Translations under genes and position numbers: made by a program
Shown here: one piece after another, positions 1-12,047 of the stretch
How positions within the stretch are numbered: the first letter of the stretch is position 1
Layout of the letters: each line of letters begins with the position of its first letter
The notes under the pieces: model-generated
The model's input: only the letters and a program-made list of their open reading frames with translations
Told to the model about the DNA's origin: nothing
Databases searched by the model: none
DNA from: Spirogloea muscicola
Lineage: Eukaryota
NCBI GenBank assembly: GCA_009602725.1
Contig: WELB01000012.1
Span: 112,841 to 132,840 of the forward strand
DNA: 20,000 nucleotides
Direction: 5' to 3'

Positions 1-240
1 GAGAAAGCTCGCGGTGCCAATGAAGTGGAAGGAGTTGGAGTGTGTATTCAGAGATGGAGGGCCTGTTTGGCCAAGTACAAATGCAAAACAAAAGGGCGGG
101 GGGGAAAGGCGACGACGCGGGTATCGGGGCTAGAGCAACGACTGCGACCCACGGCGCCTCGCCTCCCGCGGTTGCTCCTCTGATTCTGGCCGGGAGAAAG
201 AAGCCCGACGGCCCCCTGAAGCAAGCAGCGCCATACCCTG

Positions 241-297
241 TTGTAACTTGTGGCTTGTGGTTTGTGGCTTGTGGCTTGTGGCTTCTCTTCTTGTGGC
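241..297. repeat. Heptamer tandem repeat (TTGTGGC)n, about 6 units plus one detached unit
   Basis: ttgtaac-ttgtggc-ttgtggt-ttgtggc-ttgtggc-ttgtggc at 241-282 and ttgtggc at 291-297. Confidence 0.85.
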
Positions 298-389
298 GTC
301 ACCGAGGGCGGTCGGGACGGCGCCTGGCGCCCCTGCGGAGACGACTTGTGTTGCTCGCCCGCCTCCGCCTCACCACTTCTGTGGTTACC

Positions 390-748
390 TCCCACGAAAA
401 TGCCATGTTCGGCCTTTTCCTGGAGGCAGGGTACACAGTGGCGACCGAGAACACGTCCACCATGCCCATACCTGCAGGGGGCCGATGGACTCCATAGACG
501 GCCGGTCGACCTGGTGGTCACCACACGGGGCGGTGGCCCGCGGGTCATCGCCAACGTGGTCTTCACAGATGTGGTTGATTGGTCCAATCCGGGGCTCTCT
601 GCCTCAAAGGCTGGGCATGCAGCTGCGAACGTTGCTCGTGGCAAAAGCGGCTAAACACTTGGACCACTAAGAATGGGACGAGTTCATCCCACTGGCCTTC
701 GATGTGCACGGGGCTTTCAAGTCTTAGTGGCTGGACCTGTTGGCCGAT
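390..748 (+). mobile_element. Degenerate fragment of RLE-type (CRE-like) non-LTR retrotransposon, endonuclease region
   Basis: Frameshifted translation HENAMFGLFLEAGYTVATENTSTMPI/LQGADGLHRRPVDLVVTTRGGGPRVIANVVFTDVVDWSNPGLSASKAGHAAANVA../KAAKH..*EWDEFIPLAFDVHG; collinear at DNA level with 13740-14220 and 14612-14925. Confidence 0.75.
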
Positions 749-1211
749 GTCAATGGTGCATTTACAGCGTTTCAGTAATTCCACGTCCTGTTACTCTGCC
801 ATGGACTTGTCATAGGTGACCAAGAGAATGTTGGGGCCTTGGCCTACCTGCAAAGGTAGCGCGAAGTAGGCCGATCGGCCAGGTACCAAGGCAGTTCAAG
901 AGACTGTACAATATGTCTGTGCCGGCCATCAGTCGCCCTTTTGAAAGGCTGAAAACCCTGGGCCATAGAAACAGTGCATGGAGGCCTGAGGAAGGGGACA
1001 GCCCTGTGCACAAGGCCCGCCTTCAGCTTAGAGCGTGGGCCAGGTGGACCACGGGTGCCTGGCCTACTAAGTTGGAAGGAGCGGACTAGATGTTCCAGGG
1101 GTGACCTAATGCAGCAAAGGCCACAAAGTGTGCTTCTCAACCCCATAGTTTCCACCAGGTAGTCTGTATCATGATTTGTCAGCTCAAGTATGATTAAGGT
1201 GCACCATGCAA

Positions 1212-4200
1212 TCACTGCACAGCTGCCAGCTCTTTTCGCTTGGCGAGCCATGCATTAAGGGCATCTTTGGGTACTTTCAAGCGGCCCGGATTCAATGAGG
1301 GACGCCGTACAGCCCCGTCTAGGAATGATGTCTTGCTTGCAGGGCTGTGGAAGGGCGTGGTGGTAATGACCTGGAAGCTGTCAGCAGGCTCCCTCGTAGT
1401 CGTTGGCAGCCCGTGCAGCTCTCCCTGCTCCAGGGAGCCTGTTGTGGCACCTGCTTTCTCATCTGCTGCCTCGTCTTTCTCGTCTTTGTCTTGGAGGTTG
1501 ATTGACGCTACCGCTGCTGTCAGGGGAACGATTTGCTCAGTCCCGTGTACAGAGGGCTTTGCACGTCTCCAGGATCGCTCACTGTGCAGCACCGAAGGCT
1601 CACCCAAAAATGCCTCTATACTTGATCTGCCACCTCGTGTTGCCTGCCCTGAGAGCACGTCATGCTCCAGCGGCGGGGCTGCTCCCTGGAGAGGCCGCTT
1701 TGGCGCCTCTAGCCGCTCTTGAGCTGCGTGGGGGTTGGAGGCTAGCACAGGGAGGCCAAGCTCCACTTGCAGCACATGCAGCACGGCCTCGCGCACCACG
1801 CTCACACCCGGAACCTCGCTGTGCTTCCCTACGCCCGTTATGATGACCAGGTCATCCAGAACAGGTTTGGCTGCACCGATACAACAGTACATTTCCTTTT
1901 TGTTAGACAATTGCCCGGAGCCAGTCAAGATGTCTAGGACACATCTTGACTGGGCGCTAGTAGGTGAAGCTACAGGAGGGGTGCACTGGAGACAAAGTAA
2001 TGACCTTTTCCATGGCGCTCCTTGATCAAGCGCAGGACTGACAGCACTGCTGTCCTTGCTTCAGTCTGCATGGTGGCACACAAGAACAGCATTAGCCACT
2101 GACAAGCCTTGACGCTCCTAGTGAGAGTCTCAGCACTTCACATTGGTGATATTGGAAGTATCCGAGCAGGGTTTCTCCTACACTGGCGTCTACACCTTGG
2201 AGAGCCCGTGCAAGTCAATAACTCCGGGGGATCCATCCCTGGCGTGACAAGCCACTCTCTGGAGCAGCAGCCCCGTGAACTTGGGGGTTCCATCGTCCTG
2301 CTGCGCCAACGGCCAGTGGGGGGCAGCCTTGGCACTGGCGCTGCCACCCTGGGCTCTGCTTTGTCCACAAGCTTTCCCTTCAAGCGCTCCCTCAGCCCAC
2401 TCCTTCAGCAGTGACCTCAAGAGGTGGTCATTTGGCGCATACCTACAGGTCCAACAGAAGGTATTGCTCAGCACTGAGCGGCATCACTCCGGATTATGCC
2501 TCTTGTTGTTGCCACCCTAGAGCATGCCTTTGTTGTTGCCAAGGAGAAGCGTGAGTGCTGCTGAGCAATACAACTCACTGCACACCTGCCTTGCTTGGAA
2601 AAAGGCTCACTATATCTCCGTGGCTATATCTTAAAAGCATTTAGCGAGTTAGGCTGATGATGCACAATGCAAGCTTGTGAACCACTCAAAGTGGTCTGCT
2701 GAGGCAGATTGTCACAAGGAGCGACAACAAGCTGGAAAATGGCACTGGGCTCATGAGCACACTGGTCACACCCGGCATCACGCATCTCCTCGTACAGGGC
2801 AAGTGCTCGCTGGACTTCATGAAGGTTGCACCTCCTGTGCAGCCTCAGGAGTGTATTGAAAGTCACCTGTATTATACGGGACAACTGTTGTGTAAGTATA
2901 GCACAGGTTCTACAACCCGACTGACGAAGTGATGCATCATGACAGAACCAAGGCTACTTTCACTTATATTGGACACTCGAAGTCAGAACACCTCACACTG
3001 TACTTGCTCTTAATAACCAGCAAGCGGCGTGGCATGAGTATATGACGACATCACGAGGAGCACTGGAAAAGCAGCACTCGCGTCACTCATGCTTCCAATT
3101 CTCAAGAGCGTACGACCACCAGGACGCATAGGACAGGTAGTCCTTCAGTACACGTGAGCATAGTCATATGCTGCATGGGCGCTGCGCCAACTACAATCAC
3201 CATGTTCGCTTTTACTCCTCTCTCTTTCATGGCATTGTATATTGCAAAAGCTTGGTCCTCATCTCCAGCTCTTACACAGGCCTGCATGCAGCCTCAGATT
3301 CTTGTAATGGCCAGATCAAAGTCAATGCTGGAGGTCCAAAACGTTTCATGTATCTGCTCAGTCGTGCAGGAAAGCCAAGTGCAGGGAAGAACCTTGATTA
3401 GTGCAGTGTATGCAACAACATCCGCAATCATGCCAGCTTCACGGGCCTCCTTGAACACCTGATTGACTTGTAGCAATCATCATTGAGGAGAAATACAACA
3501 AAGTTCTGTGCAATCAGAGATGAGATGCACAAACAGATGCAAGACGCGAACGCTCCACAACTTCCACATTGATTTGTGATGTTCTCCACCAGGACCGCAC
3601 CTCGTCAGTGCTAAGCAACGCAAGCACCAGGCTGGTGGGGTTTTCAGAGAGCATGGGAGCTTTACTTGCAGAGCGCCAGGCAAGTCCCCTGTGCTACCAT
3701 GAGCATCCAAAAGAATGTTCCATATTTGCTGTGTTAGCTGCAATCCCGAGATTTCCATCTCCGCCATCAGCTTTCGGACCTGCAAGACACCTCCAATACG
3801 CCTGCGACGTGAGCCCTGGCACCAACCTGCGCCCTGGCTGCTCTACGTGCAACAGCAAGGTCGCTGCTGACTGGCCAATCCAGAAAGGGCTGGCTGTCAC
3901 CTTCAAAGGAGCCGCTCCGCAGGCCTTCATCAACGTACTGTAGGTGACCTCGTTGGGGGTACACCCCTGCTTACCACCTGCTCTGCCATCGTCTCGCCTG
4001 CAAGCTTTGCTGTCTATCCAGCCCGCCCCATTGGACCACCGAGCTTGCGGTGCAGCTTTCTTTAAGCATCTGTTTGTGTGAGCTTGTCTCGGCAGTGCAC
4101 AAGAGTCAGGCGTCCCCACGTCTGCAGAACGTGCACTACCTCGCGATGGACTGCCTCTCCATCCAGACACCAAGTCTACTGGACCATCACTTGGCAGTGT

Positions 4201-6291
4201 CGCATTGTGATAGTCTCGTTCAGCAGGCGTCTCATCCCTCGATCGGCCCCCTTCTTTCATCTCCTCAAGTAGGAGGAAGGCGCGCTTCACCTGCCCCGCC
4301 TCAATGCAGGCATTGATGAGCATGTTGTAAGTGCGGGTGGTGGGCGCGACACCACTGTATACCATCTCATGAAAGGTGGAGAAAGCCTGCTCCACCAGGC
4401 CTGCCTGCGCACACGCCCCAATCAGTGCCGTCCACGTCACAACGTTCGGCTGCACGCCGTTGTCCTCCATAGCCCTCCGCACGCTCAGGGCCTCTTGCCA
4501 CATCTTTGCTTTTGCAAGGACCTGATCACACCGCAACTACGTCCATCAATGCCAGTGCTGATTGCAGCGAGTCTTCAGTCTGCAGGGCTAAGGTAGCTTG
4601 ATTAGAGCGGCAGCTAAAGATCAACTTTGACTTGGAAATCAGATTCGCTTGTTTAGCTGTTACTTTGCATTGCTCAGCTCCTGACATGTTTTGTAATTGC
4701 ATGATGTCACGGGCAGAAATGGCTCATGTCACCTGGATGAGCGTGGTATATGCCATGATGTCCAGCAGGCGGCCTGCCTTGTGCGACGCCCAGGCCTCCA
4801 TACGACGCCAGAGGGAGATGGCCACACAAGCACGGCCCGTCACAGCACAGGACTTGAGGAGCGCAGCCCACGTGGCACCGTCGGGCTCAACGCCATCCGC
4901 AGCCATCGCCGAAAAGGTCGGCCATGGATCGGCAGCAGCAAGCGCAGTAAGCAGGCTGTTGTATGTAAACACGTTGGGTGGGACACCACTAGTCTTCATC
5001 AACTGCGAGCAGTCACAGTGGCAGGACGGCAGATGCTCGCTCAGTGCGCGATTGCTCTGTCACATAATGCACTCGTAGCATGAAGACAGCAAACTTGTGC
5101 AGCAGATGCCATGGATGCGCAGGTTGAACATAATTAGCCAAGCGCCGGAAAGCCCGGCAAAACAATGCCTGCAAGCAAGCGTTGGGAGGGCCTCGTAGCA
5201 GGTCTCCAGCTTCCACCCACCTTGAATATTGCCAGAGCTTCTGCTGGGTTACCAGTGCGGGGGCAAGCATCTATAGCAGCCCGGAAGTTGTGCGAGTCTG
5301 GCTTGAGGCGGCAGCGAAGCATGTGGTCCAGGACGAGGTGAACGCCCGCCAAGTCCCCCATGCGGCCCAGCTCCGTGATCATGCGTGTGTAGACGCTCGT
5401 CTTCAGGCGCCGCTGCAGTGACGCGTACCTGCATTGAACAGTATGAGCTCTCGAAACGAGCCTCAATCGAGCAACACGGCGCAGGAGCCTGTCGAATGAA
5501 TTGGGTACGCCGCGCTAGACCCAGGCGCAGCCTCTGTAGGGCTCAGCTGCCCCACCTGAGCGCCAGCGCAGCTCCACCCTCCCGGAGACATACCGCGAGC
5601 ACTCGCTCTGGCGACACGAGCGCTCTGATTGGGACCCTGGCCCCTATGGAGATCCCACTGAATGCACGTCAGCATGTCTGGCAGGCAAGCCCTCGCTCTC
5701 TTTGCTCGACGTGTAGCGTCTCAGCCATGGGATTAAACAGCGGCGGTACGTGAGCCTGCAGCAGTGGGCGTGCTGGGAGGCAGCTTGCGAGACGCAGTGC
5801 GCCTCACCGGCGAGCGTCACGAGGACGTCCACACAGGCAGCGGCACGGCCCTGGGCGAGCAGCGCGGCGCAGTGGCGCTCCAGCAGCCTCCAGGGCGCGC
5901 TGCTCCGCGTCAGGCGGCAGCCTCGGCGCGAGGCTGCCAGCTCGGCCACCAGGGCCTCCGCGGCGCATGCGGTCGCGGCCGGCCACGGCTCGTCGCGGCT
6001 GCAGCCGCCAGCGGCGTCGGGGGCAGCCGTGGCGTCTCCTGCTTCATCGAAGTGGAGCGGCCACGAGGTTGTTGACGACAGCGCCGCGGCCACTTGGTCG
6101 CAGCCGCGCCGGCTGGAGACGAGGGCGGCCCCGTTCGCCCCGAGCGCAGCGCCGCCGGCAGCACGGACGCCGGAGTGGCAGGCTGCGGTGGCGGCGTGCC
6201 AGGAGACGCGGTGGCTGGGGGTGGCGAGCGGCCGTGGATGGCGGCCAGGCGCGAGTGGCGACGGGCAGGGAGGCCGCCGCCATGCCGTCAT
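1212..6291 (-). CDS. P-type pentatricopeptide repeat protein with C-terminal SMR domain (PPR-SMR), resembling Arabidopsis At5g02830; probably organelle-targeted
   Basis: ATG at 6291 in gccgccATG context. Exons with GT-AG ends (minus): 6291-5808, [5643-5594 and the 5430-5590 region unresolved], 5428-5221, 5002-4733, 4521-3901, 3779-3666, 3458-3393, 3281-3201, 2866-2772, 2442-2196, 2065-2005, 1870-1212. PPR motifs include PNVFTYNSLL, PNVVTWTALIGACAQAG, TRTYNMLINAC, PNEVTYSTLMKAC, DVVAYTALIK and VTFNTLL. SMR motifs are IDLHGLSKTEAR, IITGVGKHS and NPGRL. Confidence 0.9.
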
Positions 6292-6319
6292 GGCGGCAAG
6301 CTGGGAGCTCGGGATAAAG

Positions 6320-6530
6320 AAAGCGGCTGCTGATATGAAAGAATCGGCTGTGAAATGCCAGCCAGATGCATACAGGTGTTCATGACGGAGCCAAAGGCTA
6401 GGCAGACAGGGCGCCCTCAATACCCCCGTGTCAGCAGTAGGAAGTCAGATGAGCTGAGGGGAGGAAGAGCAACCCCGCTGCGCAAGCCAGAGGCTGCTGC
6501 AAGGGCGCGACCAGCGCGGCGGTGCAAAGC
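6320..6530 (-). mobile_element. 3' end of the RLE retroelement (ORF C-terminus, stop and type-B tail), truncated by the assembly gap
   Basis: ALHRRAGRALAAASGLRSGVALPPLSSSDFLLLTRGY* (stop 6417-6419) matches ALHLRAGRALAAASGFRQGESFPAASLSDFRLLTRKY* at 14340-14453; tail 6322-6475 is near-identical to 19285-19428. Confidence 0.8.
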
Positions 6531-7223
6531 NNNNNNNNNNNNNNNNNNNNNNNNNNNNNNNNNNNNNNNNNNNNNNNNNNNNNNNNNNNNNNNNNNNNNN
6601 NNNNNNNNNNNNNNNNNNNNNNNNNNNNNNNNNNNNNNNNNNNNNNNNNNNNNNNNNNNNNNNNNNNNNNNNNNNNNNNNNNNNNNNNNNNNNNNNNNNN
6701 NNNNNNNNNNNNNNNNNNNNNNNNNNNNNNNNNNNNNNNNNNNNNNNNNNNNNNNNNNNNNNNNNNNNNNNNNNNNNNNNNNNNNNNNNNNNNNNNNNNN
6801 NNNNNNNNNNNNNNNNNNNNNNNNNNNNNNNNNNNNNNNNNNNNNNNNNNNNNNNNNNNNNNNNNNNNNNNNNNNNNNNNNNNNNNNNNNNNNNNNNNNN
6901 NNNNNNNNNNNNNNNNNNNNNNNNNNNNNNNNNNNNNNNNNNNNNNNNNNNNNNNNNNNNNNNNNNNNNNNNNNNNNNNNNNNNNNNNNNNNNNNNNNNN
7001 NNNNNNNNNNNNNNNNNNNNNNNNNNNNNNNNNNNNNNNNNNNNNNNNNNNNNNNNNNNNNNNNNNNNNNNNNNNNNNNNNNNNNNNNNNNNNNNNNNNN
7101 NNNNNNNNNNNNNNNNNNNNNNNNNNNNNNNNNNNNNNNNNNNNNNNNNNNNNNNNNNNNNNNNNNNNNNNNNNNNNNNNNNNNNNNNNNNNNNNNNNNN
7201 NNNNNNNNNNNNNNNNNNNNNNN
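6531..7223. other. Assembly gap (693 N)
   Basis: Run of N; ORFs spanning it are artefacts. Confidence 1.
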
Positions 7224-10200
7224 GCCCAAGGCTGGCCGCGGCGGCAGCGGCGGCGGCCGGGGCGACGGCAAGGGCAAGGGCGGGCCCCCCGCTGCTAAGC
7301 CGCCGTCGAGCGGCCAAGCCGGCCCCGCCGCCAAGGAGGCCGCAGCCGCCGCCGCCGCCGACCAGGGCCCCTCGCTCGAGGACCTCTTCACCAGGTCCGC
7401 CGCGCGGCCGCCACTGCCTGTCGTGACTTCTCAGGCAGGCCCCTACCTTGACCGGCACTCTGACTGCACGGCCTGCCTGCCCTCTCCGGCCTTGCTGCCG
7501 CTGCCTCTTCTTCCCCAGGCTGGACGCGCACATCAAGAAGGCGGAACTCGGCAAGGTGGCCAAGCTCGCCGCCGACAGTATCCTCTTGCCCTCGTTGGAT
7601 TCCCATTCCTCCGCGTCGCGCGGCCGCTGGCACCTTCTGCTGGCACGTCGGCTGCTGCAGCTGCCGCAGGCTCGGCTGTGCCCTCTCGCTGCCTCCCTCA
7701 GCCCATTCGCCATAGCCTTGACCTTGCTTCTCCTACTGCGCCCGATCAGTCCTGGCCAAGGCGCCTCTGGACTCCGACGCCGCGCGCGTCAGGGTCGTGG
7801 CCCTCATTCAGGCGGGCAACCACCCCCAGGCGCTTGACGCCATCCAGCGCGACAAGAGCGGTGCAAACCTGGGGCTGGAGAAGGTTCGTACTGGCCCCGA
7901 GGAGGCCCTCCGGCAGTTGCCTGCCGCCTCGAGGTCCTCCATGATACGCGGGGACTTCTGGACACCTCCAAGAGGCATCAGGAGGAGCGATGAGTTCTAA
8001 CTGCGAATTGCAAAACCCTGGTTACCTTAAACCCTGAGTACTGCATCGCACACGTTTGGTTGCAGCTCAGCTCAGCCCGGCGGCCATTCAGTACAGGGCT
8101 CTGTGCTGGTCCCCGCAGGCCTACTGCCTGTATCGAAGCAACCGCCTGGATGAGGCGCTCAAGGCGGCTCAGGCCATAGAGCCACCGACGCTGGGCTCGA
8201 TGCAGCTCGAAGGCCAGGTTCTTTATCGCCTGGGAAGGTACCTCCGTGGCTGCCTCTCAAATTTGGAAAATCCCTCTGGAAGATAGTGGTCTCTCAGTGG
8301 CCCGAATGACCCGCTGCGCTGTCTTACATTCTCTGCTAGGTTTGGAGCCGCTGCTACTAAGTATGAGGAGCTCCTTCGAATGCCTGGGAGTGACCGCCTG
8401 GGACCGGAGGTGAAGACGAACTTGCTTGCTGCACACGTGGCCGCTGGACGGGCTGGCGAGGTGCCCAAGGCTGCCAGCGCCCTCGGCGCTGCCCCCCAGG
8501 ACAGCTTCGAAATGGCCTTCAACCTCGCATGCGCGCACCTGGAGATGGGCTCGCTGGCACCCGCCGAGGAGCTCCTGCTGCTGGCAAGCCGCGTCGGACG
8601 TGAGACGCTCATTGATGAGGAGCTGGCTGAAGAGGAGGTCGAAGAGGAGCTCACGCCTGTCTCTGTGCAGCTCGCCTATGTGCTCCATGTAGGTGCCCTT
8701 GCTAGCGCCTGGTGATCTCAATGGCCGCTTGATGAGGAACTCTTGGCCTGTCTGATGCTGCTACTTGTTGCAAGGCCCAGATGTCTCGGCAATGACACGG
8801 AGGACCTGCCGCTGGCGTGCAGGCACAAGGCCGGTTACAGGAGGCTGCCAATGGGTACAGCGCTGTCCTCAAGCGACATCCCGCTGATGCACCAAGTATG
8901 GCGGTCGCTACATCCAACCTGGTCGCACTGCGGGGCTCCAAGGACCTCTTTGACGGCCTCAAGCGCGTGGACAAGCTGGTGGAGCGGCGCCCTGAGGGCG
9001 AGGTCGTGCTGGCGGCAGGCCTGGTCGGCAAACTCACAGCACAGCAGACAAGCGCCATCCTTGTCAACCGCTTTCTCCTGTTACTGCACTCTGGGAAGTA
9101 TGATCAGGTCATCTTCGCAGTGCCTATTCGTGACCATCTAGAAGCTGGGTTTATCTTGCTTGCTTATTATCTGGCTTGTAGTGATGTATTCCTTGCTGTG
9201 ATTCAGGTGCTAGCTACTTAACCTTGGCACCGATGCTCATTGCAGGCGAGGGATGCACTGCCGTCAGTGGCGGATGCACTGCGGGGAACAGAGGAGCCGG
9301 CGCTGCTCCGGGCGTCGCTGCTGTTGCAAGAAGGCCAGCTGCGGCAGGCGGAGGATGTCCTAGGCAAGGCCACGCGGGAGGCTCCTCCTAAGTCTGCAGC
9401 ACATGTCCAGCTCTTCTGGTCCCAGGCACTCGCGGCCGCCGGCCACTTCCAAAGGTATCTGCTCACAAAAGTTGGATTGGCTGTGATAGTACACAGCATT
9501 GCTGTTTCAGACGACCATGCCCATGATCATAAGTGATATACAGGTGACAGCTATTGCGCGCACATTGATGACGTTGCTCTTACTGCTACGCTTGGAAACA
9601 ATAAGGCAAAAGCCTTGTGGAACGGGCGGTGCTGGTGCTGGCAGGGCAGCGGAGGTGCTGGACAAGGTGGACAGCGTTCGGCACCGGCCTAGCACGGTGG
9701 CCACATTAGTGGCGCTAAGAGAACGCGCAGGCGACCTCGCGGGCGCAGAGGCAGCCCTGGATGCTGCAGGTGCCGCCAAGAAAGACTGCCTGCTTCATCC
9801 GGCTGATTATGTGCTGCTCTCTGAGCTGTTTGCTGTCTCAGGCTGTAAAATGATATATGCAGGGTCTCCAGTATTCGGTGCTGGGGCTGGGATGTTGGTT
9901 ACTGTCAGCTGCCTTTGCTCTTCTCAACTGTGCTGCATGACTGGCGGCTTCCCTCCTTGACGTCATCTGGGCAGCTTGTGCTTGCTCAACACAGCACACA
10001 TTTCTGGCTCCTGCTCCTGCTGGTATTGCAGTGGCCTGGTGGGACGCGCACATGGATGAGGGTGCGGCTGGCTCGCTGCTCGAGCAGCTCCTCCAGGAGT
10101 CGGCGGCGTTCAAGCTGCGCAACAATCAGCACAAGGCCGCTGCGCGGGCATTCTTGCGCCTTCTGGAGTGGCCGTCTGCCTCCCCCGATGCCAAGGCCAG

Positions 10201-11479
10201 GGCCATTACGGGCCTCGTCTGTAGCGCCGCCCACTTTGACCCAGGTGTTGCTTGACGTCACTGACCCTCAAAAGCCCATGCCTTGTCTTCTGCATGAGCT
10301 GGTCTGCATCCATGTTCCATAGGGTAGCTTAGGTGGTGTAGCTGCGTTGACGTACTGGCCAATCTCTGATGAGGAGGGTTTCATGACTCACGTTCCTTTC
10401 CACCAGCCTGCATGGCAGTAGATGCTTGTGTTGACATCCTAGCGTCAGATTAGTGGCTCACTGTAACCTCCTCCTCTGAGCAGCCATGGCAGAGAAGTAT
10501 GAGGCAGACCTCCTGCCACTAGCAGGCACATCATCTCTAGATGTTGCCGCGCTGGAGCAGCAAGCGGGTGCTGGCCGCGGCAAGTTGGAGGCCATTGAGA
10601 AGAAGCGGCCGCAGACAGTGGGTGAGGAGGATGGTGACCTCATCAAGCCCCGGAAGAAGCGGAAAAAGAGGAAGCCAATATACCCCAAGGTGACCACTGA
10701 CGAGCTGCTCTCATTACTGGCCATGCTCTTCAGCACAGTATTAGTACAGATATTCTCGAGCTGGATCAAAGTAAAAGGCGCTGTCTCGCACAACATTCTC
10801 AACTCTTACTTCGTCCTTTCTCCCTATAATTTCATGCTGCTCAACACTTCATGCTCTGCTGCTGCAGGGTTTCGATCCAGCCAATCCAGGTCAACCGCCG
10901 GACCCAGAAAGGTGGCTGCCCCGGCGAGAGAGGTCCAGCTACAAGCCGCGCAAGAAGGACAAGCGCGCGGCCCCTCTCCGTGGTGCGCAAGGAGCAATTG
11001 CTCGAGACCCTTCCCCTACTCCTGCAGCAGGTACTTGCGCCCTCCTCCACCCCAGGTGCTGCATGAAGAGTGATTGCTGGGCAGTCGATAGTTGGAGCCT
11101 CATCTAGCATAGTTGGTCAACTATTGGAGTTCACTGGCATTACTGGCAGTACTGGCTGCAAGACTGCTGGCTGGAAGATGCTGGCTGCCCTATGACATGT
11201 TAGATGCAAGTCTGGCAGTGAGTCACAAGTAAGCTAAGTCCCTCTTGTGAGATTTAGGATTTGTTTTATTGACAAAGCCAAGTCATGGCCAGGTCCTGCT
11301 TGCTGCCGATGCTTCATGCACTTTTGATTTGGTTTGCAGCCGCAGCAAAAAGCTCAGCGACTGCAACCAATGCCTCGGGAAAGGCAGCCAACGGTGCAGC
11401 AGCAGGGCTTGCAGCCACAGCCAATGCCACCAAGGCTGATGCCTCCAAGAAAAAAGGTAAGAAAAGTGGTCGTCGATGA
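7224..11479 (+). CDS. SRP72: Signal recognition particle subunit SRP72 (about 725 aa if the start lies just inside the gap)
   Basis: Phase-consistent exons <7224-7394, 7519-7577, 7750-7883, 8119-8237, 8340-8688, 8823-9107, 9246-9454, 9645-9769, 10032-10244, 10484-10689, 10868-11030, 11340-11479. TPR-like N-terminus (SLEDLF, EKAYCLYRSNRLDEAL, QVLYRLG, FEMAFNLAC) and the diagnostic RNA-binding motif KKRKPIYPKGFDPANPGQPPDPERWLPRRERS. Confidence 0.96.
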
Positions 11480-12047
11480 TCGCTTCGGGAATAGATGTAG
11501 AAATATAGAGAGCTCCAACAAGCTGTTACTAGTCATAGGTCACCGGATGACAATAATGTGGAGTCCAGCCCCAAACGAGCTGTATCTTATAGCGTGCATT
11601 CACCTGGGAATGCCTTTTGCTGACACTTTTGATCAAGACGATGCCTCTTGCGTGCGCTTAAGATGAGCGCCTGCTCATCAACAAGTCTGCCACTCCGAGC
11701 ACATAAGGCCACCAGAGTTGGAGCAAGCATTGCTGATATGTCAGATTATCACTCAGCTGAACAAGCGCTGTGCAGCAGACCAAACCACTGCTGAGAATGA
11801 TGAAAGATGCTTTGTCCATGCTTTGTCTATTACGTTAATGAAAGGCAGGTCAAGGAAGACGGGCAGACTTGGCAGAGTGGTCGTACGTGACATGCGGAAT
11901 ATACCTGAAATGAAAGTAAGAGCAATGCAGGCGCTCAGCTGCCTGGTCACGGTACTTGATAGCCATTGATGACAACCTTCTCCCCCTTAACCCTCCGAGG
12001 AGGGCGTCATGCCACCTGCTTTTCTCAAGGAGATGCTGCTTTGCTGC

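Noticed and set aside
38..110. Weak similarity to 13663-13720 (gagtgtg.att...ggcctg..tggc), a possible upstream part of the 390-748 copy
   Set aside because: Too short and gapped, with no recoverable Zn-knuckle translation
241..297. Heptamer array as a telomeric repeat or CRISPR
   Set aside because: Unit TTGTGGC is not TTTAGGG-like and there are no spacers
841..881. Inverted repeat ggcctac...gtaggcc and palindrome ggccgatcggcc
   Set aside because: Single short occurrence, expected by chance in GC-rich DNA
6324..6363. Hammerhead-like ctgatatga...gaaa (also 19297-19317) antisense to the tail
   Set aside because: Core does not match CUGANGA, there is no convincing stem II/III with an NUH site, and spacing differs between copies
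6355..7944. Long ORFs (258-529 aa) spanning 6.4-7.9 kb
   Set aside because: Artefacts of reading through the N gap; they fuse a retroelement end with SRP72 exon 1
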